Assembly (NCBI GenBank): GCA_964270895.1
Contig: OZ185436.1
Source of the DNA: Podarcis filfolensis
Taxonomy: Eukaryota
Direction: 5' to 3' (one strand)
Length of the DNA: 64,000 bases
This document shows, in pieces, positions 63,486 through 64,000 of the stretch (position 1 is its first letter; every line of letters begins with the position of its first letter). The position numbers and the translations under genes are program-made. The notes under the pieces were generated by a model. The model made no database searches and had not been told where the DNA came from. It was given only the letters and a program-made list of their open reading frames with translations.

Positions 63486-63657
63486 GTATCGGAGCCAACT
63501 CCTCAGGCTGAGGTGCCTTCAGCCCCCTCCCCCCTAAAATATTTGAGGGGGCCAGCCCCCCCAAGTTGCCATTCAAATGGTGTGCATGCACCACATCATG
63601 TGATTGATTAGGCAGGGCGGGGCTCCCCCCCATATTTTATTCAAGTTGGCACCCCTG
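63486..63657. mobile_element. hAT-like GC-rich MITE
   Basis: Ends GGAGCCAACT… / …AAGTTGGCACCCCTG; internal 'aaaatatttgaggggg' and 'ccccccatattttatt' inverted modules. Confidence 0.6.
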
Positions 63658-64000
63658 CCTCTAAACATGTGCTTCCCCACAGGCAGCTGCAATCTCACAG
63701 TGCATTGTTCATGCAGGTTTTTGAGCAAGCAGTCAGTGCCTGCAGCCTTTTCTCTCCACATCCTCTCCCAATTTCCTGCACAGTAGATGAAGATACTTTG
63801 TCATGTTTTAACATGGCTGCACTCACACCAGGGGCTGGAGTCAACTAAATACTTGTGCTAGCAGGAACGAGCTCAATATGTCCTACTAGTGCAACAGGGC
63901 TTCCCCCCTCTCCTTGCCCCATGCACACTCTGTCCATCAGCTCTGTGGGGAGAAGTTTGCTCCATTCAGCACGCAGAATTTTTTGCCATGACGGAACACT

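Noticed and set aside
63601-63608. TGATTGAT Pbx-Hox motif
   Set aside because: It lies inside a MITE, which shows that such 8-mers occur by chance in a 64-kb window.

Overview
This is vertebrate DNA from a squamate reptile, most likely a lacertid lizard. The evidence is Sauria SINEs with ACCTTT tails, BovB tails (…GACTAAACAAC), Squam2-like tRNA SINEs and a CAGTGGTACCTCGGGTTA Tc1/mariner MITE family. I recognise no host protein-coding exon, tRNA, rRNA or miRNA, so the window reads as a large intron or gene desert. Every ORF with a recognisable product comes from a retrotransposon: CR1 RT C-termini, L1 ORF2 C-termini, L2 RT remnants and an APE-type endonuclease fragment. The rest is SINEs, several MITE families, a probable solo LTR, microsatellites, one 181-N assembly gap, and several repeat-free CpG-retaining blocks that look like conserved non-coding or regulatory elements. 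The most notable observations are: (i) a 287-bp bipartite BovB-derived element (5' part fused to the 3' end, 11-bp TSD) whose 5' breakpoint appears to match ruminant Bov-A; (ii) several nested insertions with readable junctions; (iii) a pair of hairpins near 50.5 kb, one with minus-strand G·U asymmetry; (iv) candidate enhancer blocks with Hox/Pbx/Meis-type motifs. I found no strong evidence for a wholly new gene system. All family names come from pattern recall and need confirmation by alignment.
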